Shown here piece after piece: positions 1 to 10,725 of a DNA stretch of 39,729 nt (positions are counted from its first letter, which is position 1; every line of letters begins with the position of its first letter). The DNA lies in UHGV virus genome UHGV-0230849. One strand, given 5' to 3'. The translations under genes and the position numbers were made by a program. The notes beneath the pieces were generated by a model that did no database searches, had not been told where the DNA came from, and was given only the letters and a program-made list of their open reading frames with translations. The stretch comes from a virus.

Positions 1-90
1 TCACTCTGCCAGATGGCGCAATGCCATCTGGTATCACTTAAAGGTATTAAAAACAACTTTTTGTCTTTTTACCTTCCCGTTTCGCTCAAG
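1..90. other. Host chromosomal flank (B' side of E. coli lambda attB)
   Basis: Sequence 71-105 reads as reverse complement of CTTGAGCGAAACGGGAAGG adjoining the att core, matching recalled E. coli attB-lambda B' arm; no phage-like ORFs. Confidence 0.7.
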
Positions 91-105
91 TTAGTATAAA
101 AAAGC
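91..105 (-). other. attR: att core (15-bp common core, attR = P-O-B')
   Basis: ttagtataaaaaagc is the reverse complement of lambda core GCTTTTTTATACTAA; flanked by host-like DNA on one side and P-arm-like DNA on the other. Confidence 0.85.
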
Positions 106-340
106 TGAACATTAAACATCAAAAACCATTAATATCAATGTGTTACAATACCTTTAGTCTAAAAAATAGACTACATAATGCGACAAAACACAACATATCC
201 AGTCACTATGAATCAACTACTTAGATGGTATTAGTGACCTGTAACAGAGCATTAGCGCAAGGTGATTTTTTGTCCTCTTGCGCTAATTTTTTGTCAACGG
301 AATGGGTTAGTTGAATTTACAACCATGCTCAGTATCTCGA
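106..340 (-). promoter_or_regulatory. attP P-arm remnant with Int arm-type sites
   Basis: Reverse complement contains TCTGTTACAGGTCACTAATACCATCTAAGTAGTTGATTCATAGTGACTG-like sequence; arm-type motifs cagtcactat (200-209) and ggtcactaata (rc of 229-239). Diverges from recalled lambda in the middle. Confidence 0.6.
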
Positions 341-388
341 TAAGCGCAGAGAAATGATGCAGTGGTGGGCGGACTGGCTTGATGGCAA

Positions 389-405
389 GGTGGCGTAATG
401 CCACC
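389..405 (-). terminator. Stem-loop downstream of tailspike (possible late-operon terminator)
   Basis: ggtggc-gtaat-gccacc hairpin about 40 nt after the tailspike stop; the following U-tract is weak. Confidence 0.3.
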
Positions 406-444
406 CATATAGCGGACACTTATACCTATGCCAATATCACAGAC

Positions 445-3132
445 CTATTCCACAACATCATCTTCTATCAATTCAGCCTTATTTAGTTGTTCCTTAAGCT
501 TATTCCATGCAGAATCCTCAGGCATCTGTACTCGCACAGAAACGAATTGATTAGCAGGAATGTCGATCGGGTCACCGTTCGAAACACCAGGGATGTCGTT
601 ACGTGCAAAAACGGGCGAGTTATCATGAGTGCGGTGAAACGTTTTCACCAACACAGATCCATCTTGGTTAACAACATAATCCAGCCAGATGAGCGGCTGC
701 TTGTTTCGGTCCTGCGGTATTTCAAATCCACCATCAATCCCCCCCCATGAAGCATCTGCATTCAGACCTACGCAACCCTCAATCAGATATTCACCCAATG
801 CCAGCCGTGTGACGGTTACCCCATCTGATTCGCGATTTGTTTCACTACTACCGTCTGAGAAAATCTTCACAACCGGAGAGGCTTTTTTGATGAAACCACT
901 TGAATCGACGGTCGTGTTCAGCGACGACCATGCCTCAGCCCAGCCTGTGTTACCTGCGCGAATAGCATCGTCTGCGTAGCGGAAGAACAGTTTTGATGTT
1001 GTGGACATGAATATCTGCAACACACGGTTTTTTGCATATCCTGACTCCCATAATGCTCCGTTACCTGTTCCTTCTGGCTGCCAGTTTGTCACCCCACCTG
1101 CAGCTCCTATACTTACACCAGTAGACCAGTCTCCAGCAAATTCTGGAAGATTTAGTGAGTTAGGTGAGCGAATTGATACATCAACCAGACCAGGGGATCC
1201 GAGAATCGACATGCTGCGGGAGGACACCTTAGTAAAAGAGTTGTACCCGCCGTTTTTGGAAATCCTTCCTGTATAATTATTAGCCCTGTTAGTTCCATTA
1301 ACTGTAATTTCCCAGGTATCGCCGTTGATGAAGTCGATCTGCAATAGGCAGAATGCTGGCAGCGTCATCTGTCCTGGCGCAGATGGCCCACCTTCAAACA
1401 GTGGCATATCCTGTTCAAGATATGTCACATATCTACCTGCATCTGTATTCCGCAAATAGTCACAAATAGCCTGTGCCGATGTAAATAGCGCAATACCATC
1501 AGCCGGGTTCACAGGGTGACGGCCAGCGTTAATCACCCTTCCGCGAGGGTTAAATAACTGTGATGAGGCATTGGATAGCGGAGTCATGTCTACTGTTCCA
1601 GGTTCATTAGATGGACAGTTAGCGCGAATGATGTTTAAAGTCCTATAATTTGATCCGCCCCCATTGTCATAGCGAATAGACTGTAGAAGATACAATTCCT
1701 CAGAGCCAGAAATATCACAAGACTGCACCCCCTCATTTTCAGTGGAGTAAACACTCTTCCCTGAATAACTATCCCAGTATGTTTTGAAATCTGCAGGTGA
1801 CAGCAGGTACTGACCTAATTCTGAACCATTAAGGCTGTACTCAATATAACCCTGCAACCCTGCGAAAGTATTTCCAGATCCCGCCGTGGTAGATGCACCA
1901 ATACCAGCAAATATCCGTTGAGAACCAAGAGCGACACCCTGCCGTTTTGGTTTACCGGCTCCGCGACCTCCAACATTTGCATCAACCGTAATAGTCCCCA
2001 TTGGACTGTAAGATCCTTCTATAAGGCTGTTAATATCCAGTGTGTTAAAGATATTGGATACACCTGTCTCAACATCAAAAATTTTCGGCCAACCCATATC
2101 CGCATTTTCGTATATCAGGGTATTACCAAAGCCACTAAACTGATATCGCACTCCAAGGCGTGTTGATTCAGTGAAGTTTGTAATCTGCGTTTTATCAACC
2201 AGCGTACGCGGATCTTCGATAGGGTAAATTCTGATAGTGCGAGATGGGCTGTACGGCAGCAGGATGTAACGCTGTCCTGCCACTCGGTAAACGTGGATGC
2301 CTTCTGGTGCACCAACGTTATTCGGAAAATGAAGACGTGTTACCAATGCTCCTGTTACCCAGTCATGCACCGTAACCCATACCGATGCGGGGTCTAGCGT
2401 CTGCCAGCCGATGTATACCATTCCATCATTGCTGTCTATGTAAATCCCCTGAAATCCCATGGTCGTGTAACCATACTGATCTTTAAGATCTGCGGTAATC
2501 TCATCGTCTATGATGCTGAATTCTAATTTCCAGTTCAGCGGCCTACGCGTACCACTGACATGCCTAGAAATATGAGACAGGTAGCTTTTAACCCCGCCTG
2601 CGATAATGTATCTATGTTTGATCTCAGTAACAATTCCATTTGCAACTGGAGTGCATTTATAGACGCCGCCGTTTATTCTAATAAAATTGGTTCCTGTTAG
2701 ATTATCCCCAATGGCAACGTCTTTTCTACTATTCTTAAACGTCCCATTACCTAAGTCAGTAACAAGCAATGCCCCTTCTACATATTTCAATGACTGATCA
2801 GGGTCATACTTCAGCACATTAGGAAAATAGAACTGCTGCGCACCATACGCATCATAAACAGCCATAGAATGGCCTTGCACGGTAACGAATTTGGCAATCT
2901 GTCCGTTATATACTGGATACCCTGCGGCATTGATGACGATTGGCTGTGCAACATGAACGTGAGAACCATCTTCGTTCTCTACATAAACCTGAATCTGGTT
3001 TTCAGGATTTACCGGGTCAGTGTCAATTTTACCGATATAAATTTTGCCATTGGCTACGGCTTTAAAAGAGCGGGCCATAGTGAAGAGTTGCGAAGGCATA
3101 CTCACTACAACATTGGCTGTAATGTCTGTCAT
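445..3132 (-). CDS. gp9: Tailspike protein, P22 gp9-type head-binding N-terminus with a different receptor-binding body (895 aa)
   Basis: First ~115 aa ([58 protein letters not shown]...) match P22 tailspike head-binding domain from memory; remainder unrelated to the P22 endorhamnosidase body. Confidence 0.9.
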   Translation of the reverse strand: MTDITANVVVSMPSQLFTMARSFKAVANGKIYIGKIDTDPVNPENQIQVYVENEDGSHVHVAQPIVINAAGYPVYNGQIAKFVTVQGHSMAVYDAYGAQQFYFPNVLKYDPDQSLKYVEGALLVTDLGNGTFKNSRKDVAIGDNLTGTNFIRINGGVYKCTPVANGIVTEIKHRYIIAGGVKSYLSHISRHVSGTRRPLNWKLEFSIIDDEITADLKDQYGYTTMGFQGIYIDSNDGMVYIGWQTLDPASVWVTVHDWVTGALVTRLHFPNNVGAPEGIHVYRVAGQRYILLPYSPSRTIRIYPIEDPRTLVDKTQITNFTESTRLGVRYQFSGFGNTLIYENADMGWPKIFDVETGVSNIFNTLDINSLIEGSYSPMGTITVDANVGGRGAGKPKRQGVALGSQRIFAGIGASTTAGSGNTFAGLQGYIEYSLNGSELGQYLLSPADFKTYWDSYSGKSVYSTENEGVQSCDISGSEELYLLQSIRYDNGGGSNYRTLNIIRANCPSNEPGTVDMTPLSNASSQLFNPRGRVINAGRHPVNPADGIALFTSAQAICDYLRNTDAGRYVTYLEQDMPLFEGGPSAPGQMTLPAFCLLQIDFINGDTWEITVNGTNRANNYTGRISKNGGYNSFTKVSSRSMSILGSPGLVDVSIRSPNSLNLPEFAGDWSTGVSIGAAGGVTNWQPEGTGNGALWESGYAKNRVLQIFMSTTSKLFFRYADDAIRAGNTGWAEAWSSLNTTVDSSGFIKKASPVVKIFSDGSSETNRESDGVTVTRLALGEYLIEGCVGLNADASWGGIDGGFEIPQDRNKQPLIWLDYVVNQDGSVLVKTFHRTHDNSPVFARNDIPGVSNGDPIDIPANQFVSVRVQMPEDSAWNKLKEQLNKAELIEDDVVE

Positions 3133-3232
3133 TTAATTTGCTCCAGATACAAGGAATCGCCGCAGCATGGCTACGGTGAATTTTGGGCATAAAAAAACCC
3201 AGCCGAAGCTGGGTCGTTGCGTTGGTTATCTG

Positions 3233-4135
3233 TCAGTAGTTATGTACTGAAGGAGGTAATTCTTTATTCTTAAGTCTCATCCATGCGGAAAGATTCGTTG
3301 GTCCGTCTGGCTCATTGATATCAACATCTCGTGAGTGATTGATTAAAACGTCTCTCGCTATATCGATAATACGGGAGAACTCATAACCGCAGTCATGACA
3401 TCTGCCGGAATAGTTCGATTGAATTTGTTTCAGCGCCGGATACAGTTCGCGGAATAATGCCTGTGAGCGGTTGGCATAATCCCATAGCCATACAAGGCTG
3501 TTTGCTTCTTTTGCAGAAAGCTCGTTGGTTTTCTTCTCTTGTTTGCCGATGAACTCACCTTCAAGCACTACCCTGTGGATGTACTCTACGGCTTGCGGTA
3601 TCTGAGATGCATCAAGCTCTTCAATACTTTCCACATTGAAACGCTGATGAATCATTGCATAAGCTTCTGGGTACATTAGATGCTTTTTGCTGACTAGCAT
3701 ATTTACAGCATCACGAAGCGGAGTCCTGTCATCAACAGATGTTTTCTTACGTGCATTTTCTGCCTTTCCCTTTGTCCAGTAGTCATGCAGTACAGTAAAG
3801 CATTCTTCCTGGTACTGAATCAGTTTATCGCGGATGTCAGCTCGAACTTTCTCAGGGTTGATGCTGAACAGCCATCCATTTAACTTCTTCAAAGGAAGGC
3901 AGAGTAGCTTACGAAGCTTCCCATCAGCGGCAACCATATTCATATGAATACAGTTGAACTTATCTAGTTGTTTCATAAGTTTTTGTTGCTGAGTACCCCA
4001 ACTCATTCCAAGGTTTTCAACGATTGGCTTCATCGCAACGTATGCAACTCCGGCAGCCATGGCGGTGATAATTTGCTGACCGTTGAATGGTACGTAAGAG
4101 GTGTTCACTGCTTCTAAAATTGCTATACTATTCAT
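3233..4135 (-). CDS. ant: Antirepressor Ant (P22 immI); ORF extends to 4165 but homology suggests start at [10 protein letters not shown]
   Basis: 300-aa product directly downstream of arc in the arc-ant arrangement. Confidence 0.8.
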   Translation of the reverse strand: MNSIAILEAVNTSYVPFNGQQIITAMAAGVAYVAMKPIVENLGMSWGTQQQKLMKQLDKFNCIHMNMVAADGKLRKLLCLPLKKLNGWLFSINPEKVRADIRDKLIQYQEECFTVLHDYWTKGKAENARKKTSVDDRTPLRDAVNMLVSKKHLMYPEAYAMIHQRFNVESIEELDASQIPQAVEYIHRVVLEGEFIGKQEKKTNELSAKEANSLVWLWDYANRSQALFRELYPALKQIQSNYSGRCHDCGYEFSRIIDIARDVLINHSRDVDINEPDGPTNLSAWMRLKNKELPPSVHNY

Positions 4136-4203
4136 GTTGGTTTTTCTCCACGGATTTACTGACAACCGAAGCCCTGACTGTTCCCGCAGTTGGGGCTTCC
4201 ACT

Positions 4204-4365
4204 TTACGCGCCAATGCGCCCTTCCTTCTTAAAGCTTTCCATTACTCTCTGATAAATCTCAGAGTTAACAGACCGACCATTCTCTTCCGCCACCTTGCGT
4301 ACCAAATCCAATGCTTCTTTAGGCCACCGCAAATTGAACTGCGGCATCTTGCTCATTCCTTTCAT
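4204..4365 (-). CDS. arc: Arc repressor (53 aa)
   Basis: [53 protein letters not shown] matches P22 Arc; the upstream in-frame ATG in the ORF track is probably not used. Confidence 0.95.
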   Translation of the reverse strand: MKGMSKMPQFNLRWPKEALDLVRKVAEENGRSVNSEIYQRVMESFKKEGRIGA

Positions 4366-4381
4366 ATTCACCTCACAATAT

Positions 4382-4398
4382 AGGTCCACCGTGGACCT
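4382..4398. promoter_or_regulatory. Mnt operator (Omnt) within the divergent Pant/Pmnt region
   Basis: aggtccaccgtggacct, a 17-bp near-palindrome matching the P22 mnt operator, between arc and mnt. Confidence 0.8.
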
Positions 4399-4407
4399 AT
4401 TGAGAAT

Positions 4408-4428
4408 ATAGTAGAGTGCTTCTATCAT
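4408..4428. promoter_or_regulatory. Arc operator (Oarc) overlapping Pant
   Basis: atagtagagtgcttctatcat matches the P22 arc operator (ATGATAGAAGCACTCTACTAT) in reverse complement. Confidence 0.85.
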
Positions 4429-4455
4429 GTCAATACACTAACTTGGAGTGATGGC

Positions 4456-4707
4456 ATGGCTAGAGATGATCCGCACTTTAACTTCCGTATGCCTATGGAA
4501 GTAAGGGAGAAATTAAAATTCAGGGCGGAGGCGAATGGGAGATCAATGAACTCCGAGTTGTTACAAATCGTCCAAGATGCTCTATCAAAACCATCGCCTG
4601 TGACTGGATATCGTGACGATGCAGAACGACTCGCTGATGAGCAGTCAGATCTTGTTAAGAAGATGGTGTTTGATACGCTGAAGGATTTGTACAAAAAACC
4701 CACCTGA
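4456..4707 (+). CDS. mnt: Mnt repressor (83 aa)
   Basis: MARDDPHFNFRMPMEVREKLKFRAEANGRSMNSELLQIVQDALSKPSPVTGYR... matches P22 Mnt. Confidence 0.95.
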   Translation: MARDDPHFNFRMPMEVREKLKFRAEANGRSMNSELLQIVQDALSKPSPVTGYRDDAERLADEQSDLVKKMVFDTLKDLYKKPT

Positions 4708-4722
4708 CGGTGGGTTTTATTA
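4697..4722. terminator. Bidirectional rho-independent terminator (end of mnt and end of convergent accessory operon)
   Basis: aacccacc-tgac-ggtgggtt hairpin flanked by A-run upstream and T-run downstream; mnt stop codon sits in the loop. Confidence 0.75.
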
Positions 4723-5139
4723 GTGCTTGTATAGGTTGAACTCTCTATCAAGCCATATAACAAAAAATGTCGATCCAAGACGATAACCAACCATGGCTTT
4801 CAAATCATCAAATCTAAAAGCCAAGAAATGATCTACGTCTTCCGTTATATGACTGGGGATACCTGCTTTAATTGCACCCCTTGCAATCTTCTCAAATCCA
4901 AGCTTATGCCTACCTTGCTGCTTAATCTCTGCCCATGTTAGTTGACTTAATCTGTATAATTTATCAGCTAAGCCAGCTTTCTCATCTTTTTGGCATTTCG
5001 TTATGCAGTGAGAGCTTTGGATGTAACAGAATGAAAATTTCGGTTTCTTTTGATCTGAATTCCCCCCTGACTGCGGCCCTAACTTTAACTTACCTGTAGA
5101 TTCAGCAGGGGGGATAATCCTTTTAGATTTTCTTGCCAT
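4720..5139 (-). CDS. Small protein (139 aa) coupled to the Panacea-domain gene; candidate toxin partner, C-terminus reminiscent of RelE/ParE-like toxins
   Basis: ATG at 5139 lies 4 nt after the upstream stop; C-terminal ...AMVGYRLGSTFFVIWLDREFNLYKH. Longer ORF-track start (5214) overlaps the upstream gene and is probably not used. Confidence 0.55.
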   Translation of the reverse strand: MARKSKRIIPPAESTGKLKLGPQSGGNSDQKKPKFSFCYIQSSHCITKCQKDEKAGLADKLYRLSQLTWAEIKQQGRHKLGFEKIARGAIKAGIPSHITEDVDHFLAFRFDDLKAMVGYRLGSTFFVIWLDREFNLYKH

Positions 5140-5143
5140 CTCG

Positions 5144-5587
5144 TTAGTTAATCCGAGTTGCAAAGTACTCTGCCATCTCCTTAGAGCTAATTTCAGAACC
5201 ACCAACACCCTCAATATAGTTTGATCTCCATGGTGACTCTTCGTGTGTCATGTTCCTCAGTTTCCAGGCAGAAAATTGCCCAAAAACATCCCAGACTTCT
5301 TCTAATAGCTCTAACTGTTCTTCGCTGAATTTTTCAGCATCAAAAGACTCTGGAGAAGGGATAGCGCCATTACCATATTGTTTATAACGGCGATAAAGCT
5401 CAGGGACAACAGGGCCATGCATCCAAGCTTCCATCTTATTCTGAAAAAGAGGCTCGCCAAGCAACGCCAATGAAAAACCCTGAGCATAGTAAACAAGCTT
5501 TTGTAATTTTAAATTAGAGATTGTGTCACCGCTATCCTCGTCACACCGCGACAGGAAGTAGTCGGCGACATCAAAACAAGTAAGCAT
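5144..5587 (-). CDS. Panacea-domain (DUF4065, SocA/GepA-like) protein, putative antitoxin
   Basis: CFDVADYFL...ISNLKLQKLVYYAQGFSLALLGEPLF...EAWMHGPVVPELYRRYKQYG matches the Panacea signature from memory; GGAGG 7 nt upstream of ATG at 5587. Confidence 0.75.
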   Translation of the reverse strand: MLTCFDVADYFLSRCDEDSGDTISNLKLQKLVYYAQGFSLALLGEPLFQNKMEAWMHGPVVPELYRRYKQYGNGAIPSPESFDAEKFSEEQLELLEEVWDVFGQFSAWKLRNMTHEESPWRSNYIEGVGGSEISSKEMAEYFATRIN

Positions 5588-5961
5588 GAACACACCTCCA
5601 TCTTGATAGCCACAGCTAAGTATCCAACTATGTCAAATGTCATTTAATACTATAACAAAGCTATCAGCAATCCTTCGGAGGCTAACTTACAACCACTTTA
5701 GCGACATGTTTAAACCATTACGTTTCACATTTACTGCATTTTCGCCGAAGTTACCTATAAGGTAATGTCACATTTCCTGCAAGTTTCATGCAATGTTGAA
5801 AAGTGAGCTATTCACTTTTCTATGACACCAAACACCAAAAATAGCACTTTTTGCTAAATCATTCGTCCAAGTTGTGGATGGTTTGTCGTTGACACGTTTT
5901 CACACACCACTCCACCAATAAAGTATCATCTGGTATCCTGCGAAAAACTAAGGAGGTTGGT

Positions 5962-6291
5962 GTGTTAGAAATAGTAGTACTCGCTCTTGGGATATCCTGT
6001 TGCGTACTATATGCAGGGTTAGCTGCCCTCAAGAAACAGGTTAAGGAATTAGATCGCTCACATGAAATTGATACAAAAATTGCGCGATTAACTGAAGAGA
6101 ATAAACACTTAAAAAATTCCATAAGGGCACTAACTGATGACAACTACAAACTGTCCCATGCATTGGCTAAGTGGGAAATAGTAAGTTATGAAAGAATGAC
6201 CGACATGATTTTTTCGTCTTATATGGCTACAAAATCTCCTGAAACATCAGGAAAAGCAATAATTGCAGCCATTGAAAAGAGAATTAAATAG
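5962..6291 (+). CDS. Hypothetical membrane-anchored coiled-coil protein (109 aa), divergent moron-like ORF
   Basis: GTG start with AAGGAGG 6 nt upstream; hydrophobic N-terminus (LEIVVLALGISCCVLYAGLAAL) then charged heptad-like region; opposite strand to the virion operon, preceded by AT-rich intergenic DNA. Confidence 0.55.
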   Translation: MLEIVVLALGISCCVLYAGLAALKKQVKELDRSHEIDTKIARLTEENKHLKNSIRALTDDNYKLSHALAKWEIVSYERMTDMIFSSYMATKSPETSGKAIIAAIEKRIK

Positions 6292-6310
6292 CCTTCCTTG
6301 GCGTTCATTT

Positions 6311-8152
6311 CTACTGCCTGGTAGCTTCGTTAGTTAGGAGAGGGCGAACGGCGTTAGCAGCCTGATTTAACGCTCGCTCATATGCCGGAGTTCCAGGCTT
6401 GACGTTTGCAAGGCGGAGAAGCATGTTTCTTGCTGCTTTGGACTCATACAAGCGCATCATTGCACCAAAACCAGCCTCAAGCCCCATTGATACGCCAAGG
6501 GTCGCAGTTGCGCCAATCGTCCTTATCCTGTTGGCTTGCGATTGCCCCGTCTGAGTTACTACATTTGCGGTGTCTGACCTTGCTGTTTGCTGTAGAACTT
6601 CATGAAGAGCATCAAGCTCTTTCATGTGCTTTCCAGAAAAAATAGTGTTGTAAATTTCACCGCCTGACTGAGATTTCAGCTTATTAACTTCAGTGATGAA
6701 CTTGGCTGGAGAGTCCCCGGCCTTTTCCGCTATTTTGCTGACGTAAGCTGCACGCATAGCATCTTTCCCCTTATCATCCAGTGCGCTCCAGATTCGTTTC
6801 ACGTCAGATGGTTTTCTGCTTAATACAACGGTATTTATAAGTTCAGGACTGGCTTCACTGCTTGCCTTGTTGAGCTTGTTGGCAATGTTTTTATTAAGCA
6901 CCTTATTATAAACGTTTGCATAATCGGAATTTGCTTTAAGGTATTTTGCTGCGTCTGACGCACCGAGGTTTTTTGCAACTGCGTTACGAAGGTCTTTTGA
7001 CATTGCATTCTCTACCATATTGGTAGCTGCTTTTGCCTGGTTGGGGAAGACCATAGCATCTCCCTGAACATTAGATCTAAATGCTGTTCTGTGCTGACGC
7101 AAGAGATCAAACGTAACATCCAAATCAGTTGCAGGGTTTGCTAATTCTTCACGTAGGTTACGCAAGGATGTAAGCAGGCTTTGATTGGCAGACGTCCCAA
7201 GCCGTTCCTGTCTTGCGATCGCTGTATTCAGAGCATTCATGGTATTTGTGGTATCAACTGCGGCATTACCCATTTTATTGGTGACGTCATTGATAACAGC
7301 GCCAGCGGCATCCTTCCGCCCCCTTAACGTGGTGGTCAGAGATTTCACCACATCATCAGGGTTGTACTCACCAAAACGGTCAAAATAATTGCTTACCAGC
7401 TTACTACGCGTTGCATATTGCTCCGCTCGCTTTGAGCCTGTCCCGAGCAAAGCCCCCTCGGCATCCTGAGTAAGGCCGCGAGTGAAAGCATTTTTCGGCG
7501 GGATAACATCAGATGTCATTGGTGTCACGCCCATCGATTCTGATGTGGCAATTTTCTTCGCTACTTCTGGCGCAATATCACCTTTTATAGCCGTTATTCC
7601 ACGCCCTATTCCCTTTGCTGCTGCGGAAAGAACCCCCTGAGCGGCAAGGTTAACTCCGGCATTTTTTGCTGCATTTTGTGCGAAATCGCCTTTCTGATTT
7701 GCGGCCTCTGCCAGTGATCCAATAGCCATGCTTCCTGCCGTTCCAACTCCTGGAACTAAATACCCGCCAATTGTTTCTCCAGTTTGCGCATAAGGGTCTG
7801 TCGGTCGATCGACTGGACGATAGACATCATCCAATACTTTTGGACCACCAAGCCCCTGACTGATTGCATTAATCAGACTTGCGCCACCCTGCAATACGTC
7901 AAATGGTATGTTTACCAGACCACGACCAGCCTGTTCTGCAATTTGCCCTGCACTTTGACCACCAGTGAGCCAATCGCCAGCTTGTTGCATCAATGATGGT
8001 TCTTCACGTGCTGGTTCATTGCTATCCTGGCTGACAGTTTGTTGCTGAACAGACTGTCCAGCAAAATACTCATCAATGGCAGATCCAATATCTTCCGTGC
8101 TCGTACCATCAGGGAAGGTAAATGTCTTACCGTTTGCAGTTACTTTCATCAT
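6311..8152 (-). CDS. gp16: Ejection (injection) protein gp16
   Basis: [32 protein letters not shown]... matches P22 gp16; 613 aa. Confidence 0.9.
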   Translation of the reverse strand: MMKVTANGKTFTFPDGTSTEDIGSAIDEYFAGQSVQQQTVSQDSNEPAREEPSLMQQAGDWLTGGQSAGQIAEQAGRGLVNIPFDVLQGGASLINAISQGLGGPKVLDDVYRPVDRPTDPYAQTGETIGGYLVPGVGTAGSMAIGSLAEAANQKGDFAQNAAKNAGVNLAAQGVLSAAAKGIGRGITAIKGDIAPEVAKKIATSESMGVTPMTSDVIPPKNAFTRGLTQDAEGALLGTGSKRAEQYATRSKLVSNYFDRFGEYNPDDVVKSLTTTLRGRKDAAGAVINDVTNKMGNAAVDTTNTMNALNTAIARQERLGTSANQSLLTSLRNLREELANPATDLDVTFDLLRQHRTAFRSNVQGDAMVFPNQAKAATNMVENAMSKDLRNAVAKNLGASDAAKYLKANSDYANVYNKVLNKNIANKLNKASSEASPELINTVVLSRKPSDVKRIWSALDDKGKDAMRAAYVSKIAEKAGDSPAKFITEVNKLKSQSGGEIYNTIFSGKHMKELDALHEVLQQTARSDTANVVTQTGQSQANRIRTIGATATLGVSMGLEAGFGAMMRLYESKAARNMLLRLANVKPGTPAYERALNQAANAVRPLLTNEATRQ

Positions 8153-9564
8153 TCCACCGTAAATTGAATGCCTGATTTTGAGGTATATGATCCAACCTGA
8201 TTCGGTGTTTCTCCTGAAGGTGTCGAATCTTGCGCTGGTGCTGCGTCAGTATTCATTGACATATACCGCTTAACGGCACTCCCCAATGATTCACCTTTTT
8301 TAACATCCAACCCCAATATCTGACCGCCATTACGCGATTGTCCAGGGTTGCCATTCGCGCTCATCCACTCGGCTTTAAACTCATTAAACTGCGCGTTTCG
8401 TCGCTCAAGGTTTGCCATTGCATCAAGCCATCTTGCGACCGTCTCAGGGTTATCCATGTCAGTTGGCGCACCCTGTCGAACGATCTCAACGTCTTTATCC
8501 GTTGCTGGGCCGGGAGGTAGGAATTTAAGAACCTGACTGTTAACAAGGGCATTTTGGCGGATGCGCAAATCACGCAATGTCGTATCGCTTCCGGTAAGTT
8601 TTGCGAACATGTTCTGTGCGTTACCGAACAAACCTGTCGTTGGTTTTTCTGCTCTGAACTGTTGAGCAAGCGCACTCATAGAATTGGCTGAGTTTGATGA
8701 TGCTGTGGCATTGTTTACAGCCGTCTCGATGCCTTTTTCCATGTTTACTGACAGCTTAGGTGCTTCACTAATCAACTGCTGAGCCTTTTCCTGCGCTTGC
8801 TGCATCTTAAACCCGAACTCTTGCTGATCCAGAGCCAAGCGTTGTGCTGCGATATTGTGCCCAGTCATTGCTGACTGATAGGAAAGGTTTTGCCCTCTCG
8901 CCTGAAGTGCTTCACCAGCCTGATTGCTGCGGATTGTCTCTGCCAGCCTGCCTCGGTCAATTTCACGACCAGCCATCTTATCCTGAACAGCAAACGCCTT
9001 TTCTGGTCCAAGCGCACCGAGAGACATAGTAGTCAGCATGTGTGATAGCTGCTCTGGATTCTGGATACCTGTCTGAATCATCCAGTCAGCATTAGCACCA
9101 ACGCGATTTAACCTGTCCTTGTTGTCAGTAATGAATTTACTGTAGGCTTCCGGTCCCTGAGAAAGAGCGACGTTAGCCCTCATGGCTAAATCGCCCATAT
9201 CGTTGCGTTGCTGATCATTAAGACCAGAAAACGCCTGTTGTGCCTGTGCAACAAACGCTGGATTTTCCTGGGCAAACTTAAATAGTCCCGATGGATCACC
9301 AGAAGCCCATGCATCAGCGTGAACCTTATTGAACGCACTAATCGCTTTCTGTTGCTGTTCCTGATTGTAAATATCAGCAACTCCAGCCAGACCACGTAAC
9401 GCGGTCAGACCAACGTTATTTGCACCTGATCGAGCCAGTTCATTGTTTTCGCGGATCAGACCAAGCGTTGCGTTAATGTCGCTTGCTTTTGGCGCATTCT
9501 CATTTTGCGCACCGATGCCAGCAAGAAACCCACCAGAATTAATACCCTGTTGCCACGTAGCCAT
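8149..9564 (-). CDS. gp20: Ejection protein gp20
   Basis: 471 aa, in P22 order between gp7 and gp16. Confidence 0.85.
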   Translation of the reverse strand: MATWQQGINSGGFLAGIGAQNENAPKASDINATLGLIRENNELARSGANNVGLTALRGLAGVADIYNQEQQQKAISAFNKVHADAWASGDPSGLFKFAQENPAFVAQAQQAFSGLNDQQRNDMGDLAMRANVALSQGPEAYSKFITDNKDRLNRVGANADWMIQTGIQNPEQLSHMLTTMSLGALGPEKAFAVQDKMAGREIDRGRLAETIRSNQAGEALQARGQNLSYQSAMTGHNIAAQRLALDQQEFGFKMQQAQEKAQQLISEAPKLSVNMEKGIETAVNNATASSNSANSMSALAQQFRAEKPTTGLFGNAQNMFAKLTGSDTTLRDLRIRQNALVNSQVLKFLPPGPATDKDVEIVRQGAPTDMDNPETVARWLDAMANLERRNAQFNEFKAEWMSANGNPGQSRNGGQILGLDVKKGESLGSAVKRYMSMNTDAAPAQDSTPSGETPNQVGSYTSKSGIQFTVE

Positions 9565-9574
9565 TGATTAACCC

Positions 9575-10267
9575 TTAAAACAGTGAACCAAGCAGACCAA
9601 GACCGCCGCCAACAGCGGCACCAATACCAGTACCAATACCAGGTACAATGCTGCCAAGCTGTGCTCCAGCAATTGCTCCAGATGCAGCCCCGCCTATTGC
9701 AGATTGAAGGCCGGAAGGTCTGTTAGCGTTTGCCGCCGCCAGTGCTGCGCTTTGCTGTGCAATGCTGCTCATGTTGTTGGCGTACGTCTGCCCGGCGTTT
9801 GCCTGACCTTGCAGTGCGCCAAGACCAACATTTGCCAGATTCTGGTAGTTGTTCATCTGACCAGATAGCCATTGCTGACCAAGCGTTGGTGCGATTGTTG
9901 CTAACTGATTACTGGTTGCGGTGGAACCCAATCCACCTGTTGCTTCCGCTGCCGCCAGACTCTGATAGCGAGCCTGACCTGCAAGGTCTTTATACTGCTG
10001 AGAGTTGTAATACTGGTTAAGTGCCTGACCTTGCCCCTCCAGAGACGATAAGTTCTCGAGGCTGCCGACATACTTCTCAGCCAGAGGAGTAAACGGCTTC
10101 AGGTTGTTCATGATGGTGTTGAACTGCTGATTTTGCAGGTCTGCGGCATACTTCTGAGCTTCTGCTGCATACTTTGCGCTTTTATCGGAGCCACCTTTCC
10201 CGCCTTTTTCAGGGCAATAAGGTTCCTCGCCGCGCAGTTTTCTGCCCAGCTTAAATGCATATAACAT
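9575..10267 (-). CDS. gp7: Ejection protein gp7
   Basis: 230 aa, MLYAFKLGRKLRGEEPY... with Gly/Ala-rich C-terminus; P22 order. Confidence 0.85.
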   Translation of the reverse strand: MLYAFKLGRKLRGEEPYCPEKGGKGGSDKSAKYAAEAQKYAADLQNQQFNTIMNNLKPFTPLAEKYVGSLENLSSLEGQGQALNQYYNSQQYKDLAGQARYQSLAAAEATGGLGSTATSNQLATIAPTLGQQWLSGQMNNYQNLANVGLGALQGQANAGQTYANNMSSIAQQSAALAAANANRPSGLQSAIGGAASGAIAGAQLGSIVPGIGTGIGAAVGGGLGLLGSLF

Positions 10268-10269
10268 GG

Positions 10270-10725
10270 CTATCTCCCGTGATTCAGGAAGTCGATTAGT
10301 TCTTCGCGTGTGGCGCTGTAAAAAGTCACGTCATCCACGCCTTTGAAGTATTTCTTGATGGTTCCTACACGCTTAAGGCCAATCATTGCGCAGTACATCT
10401 GACCGTGGCGGAATTTGCGCGCAGCGAACGATGTGACGCACTGAACGGTGGTGTTAGTCAGAATGTATCGCCAGAACGCCAGCCCGATTTCCTTGCTGAA
10501 TCCACGAACCTCTGGCAGGTACATGGCGTGGCAATCGAATGTCAGCGGCTGAATCTCCTGATAGTAAACAATGCCGCCGAACTGCCCGTGCACGCTCACC
10601 TCAAAGTAACGGCATTCAGGTTTGTAGTCGTATCCATCACCGTTGTTGCTCCCGGCGATAATGTCATGGTGATTTCCTACGGCTTCTATCAGGTCGATGT
10701 TTCGCGTTGGTTTGAATGTAATCAT
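10270..10725 (-). CDS. gp14: gp14-like virion protein
   Basis: 151 aa, placed between gp26 and gp7 as in P22. Confidence 0.7.
   Translation of the reverse strand: MITFKPTRNIDLIEAVGNHHDIIAGSNNGDGYDYKPECRYFEVSVHGQFGGIVYYQEIQPLTFDCHAMYLPEVRGFSKEIGLAFWRYILTNTTVQCVTSFAARKFRHGQMYCAMIGLKRVGTIKKYFKGVDDVTFYSATREELIDFLNHGR

Noticed and set aside
4366-4428. Upstream in-frame start of arc (74-aa ORF) and of ant (310-aa ORF)
   Set aside because: The extensions overlap the operator/promoter DNA, and the shorter products match the known P22 proteins.
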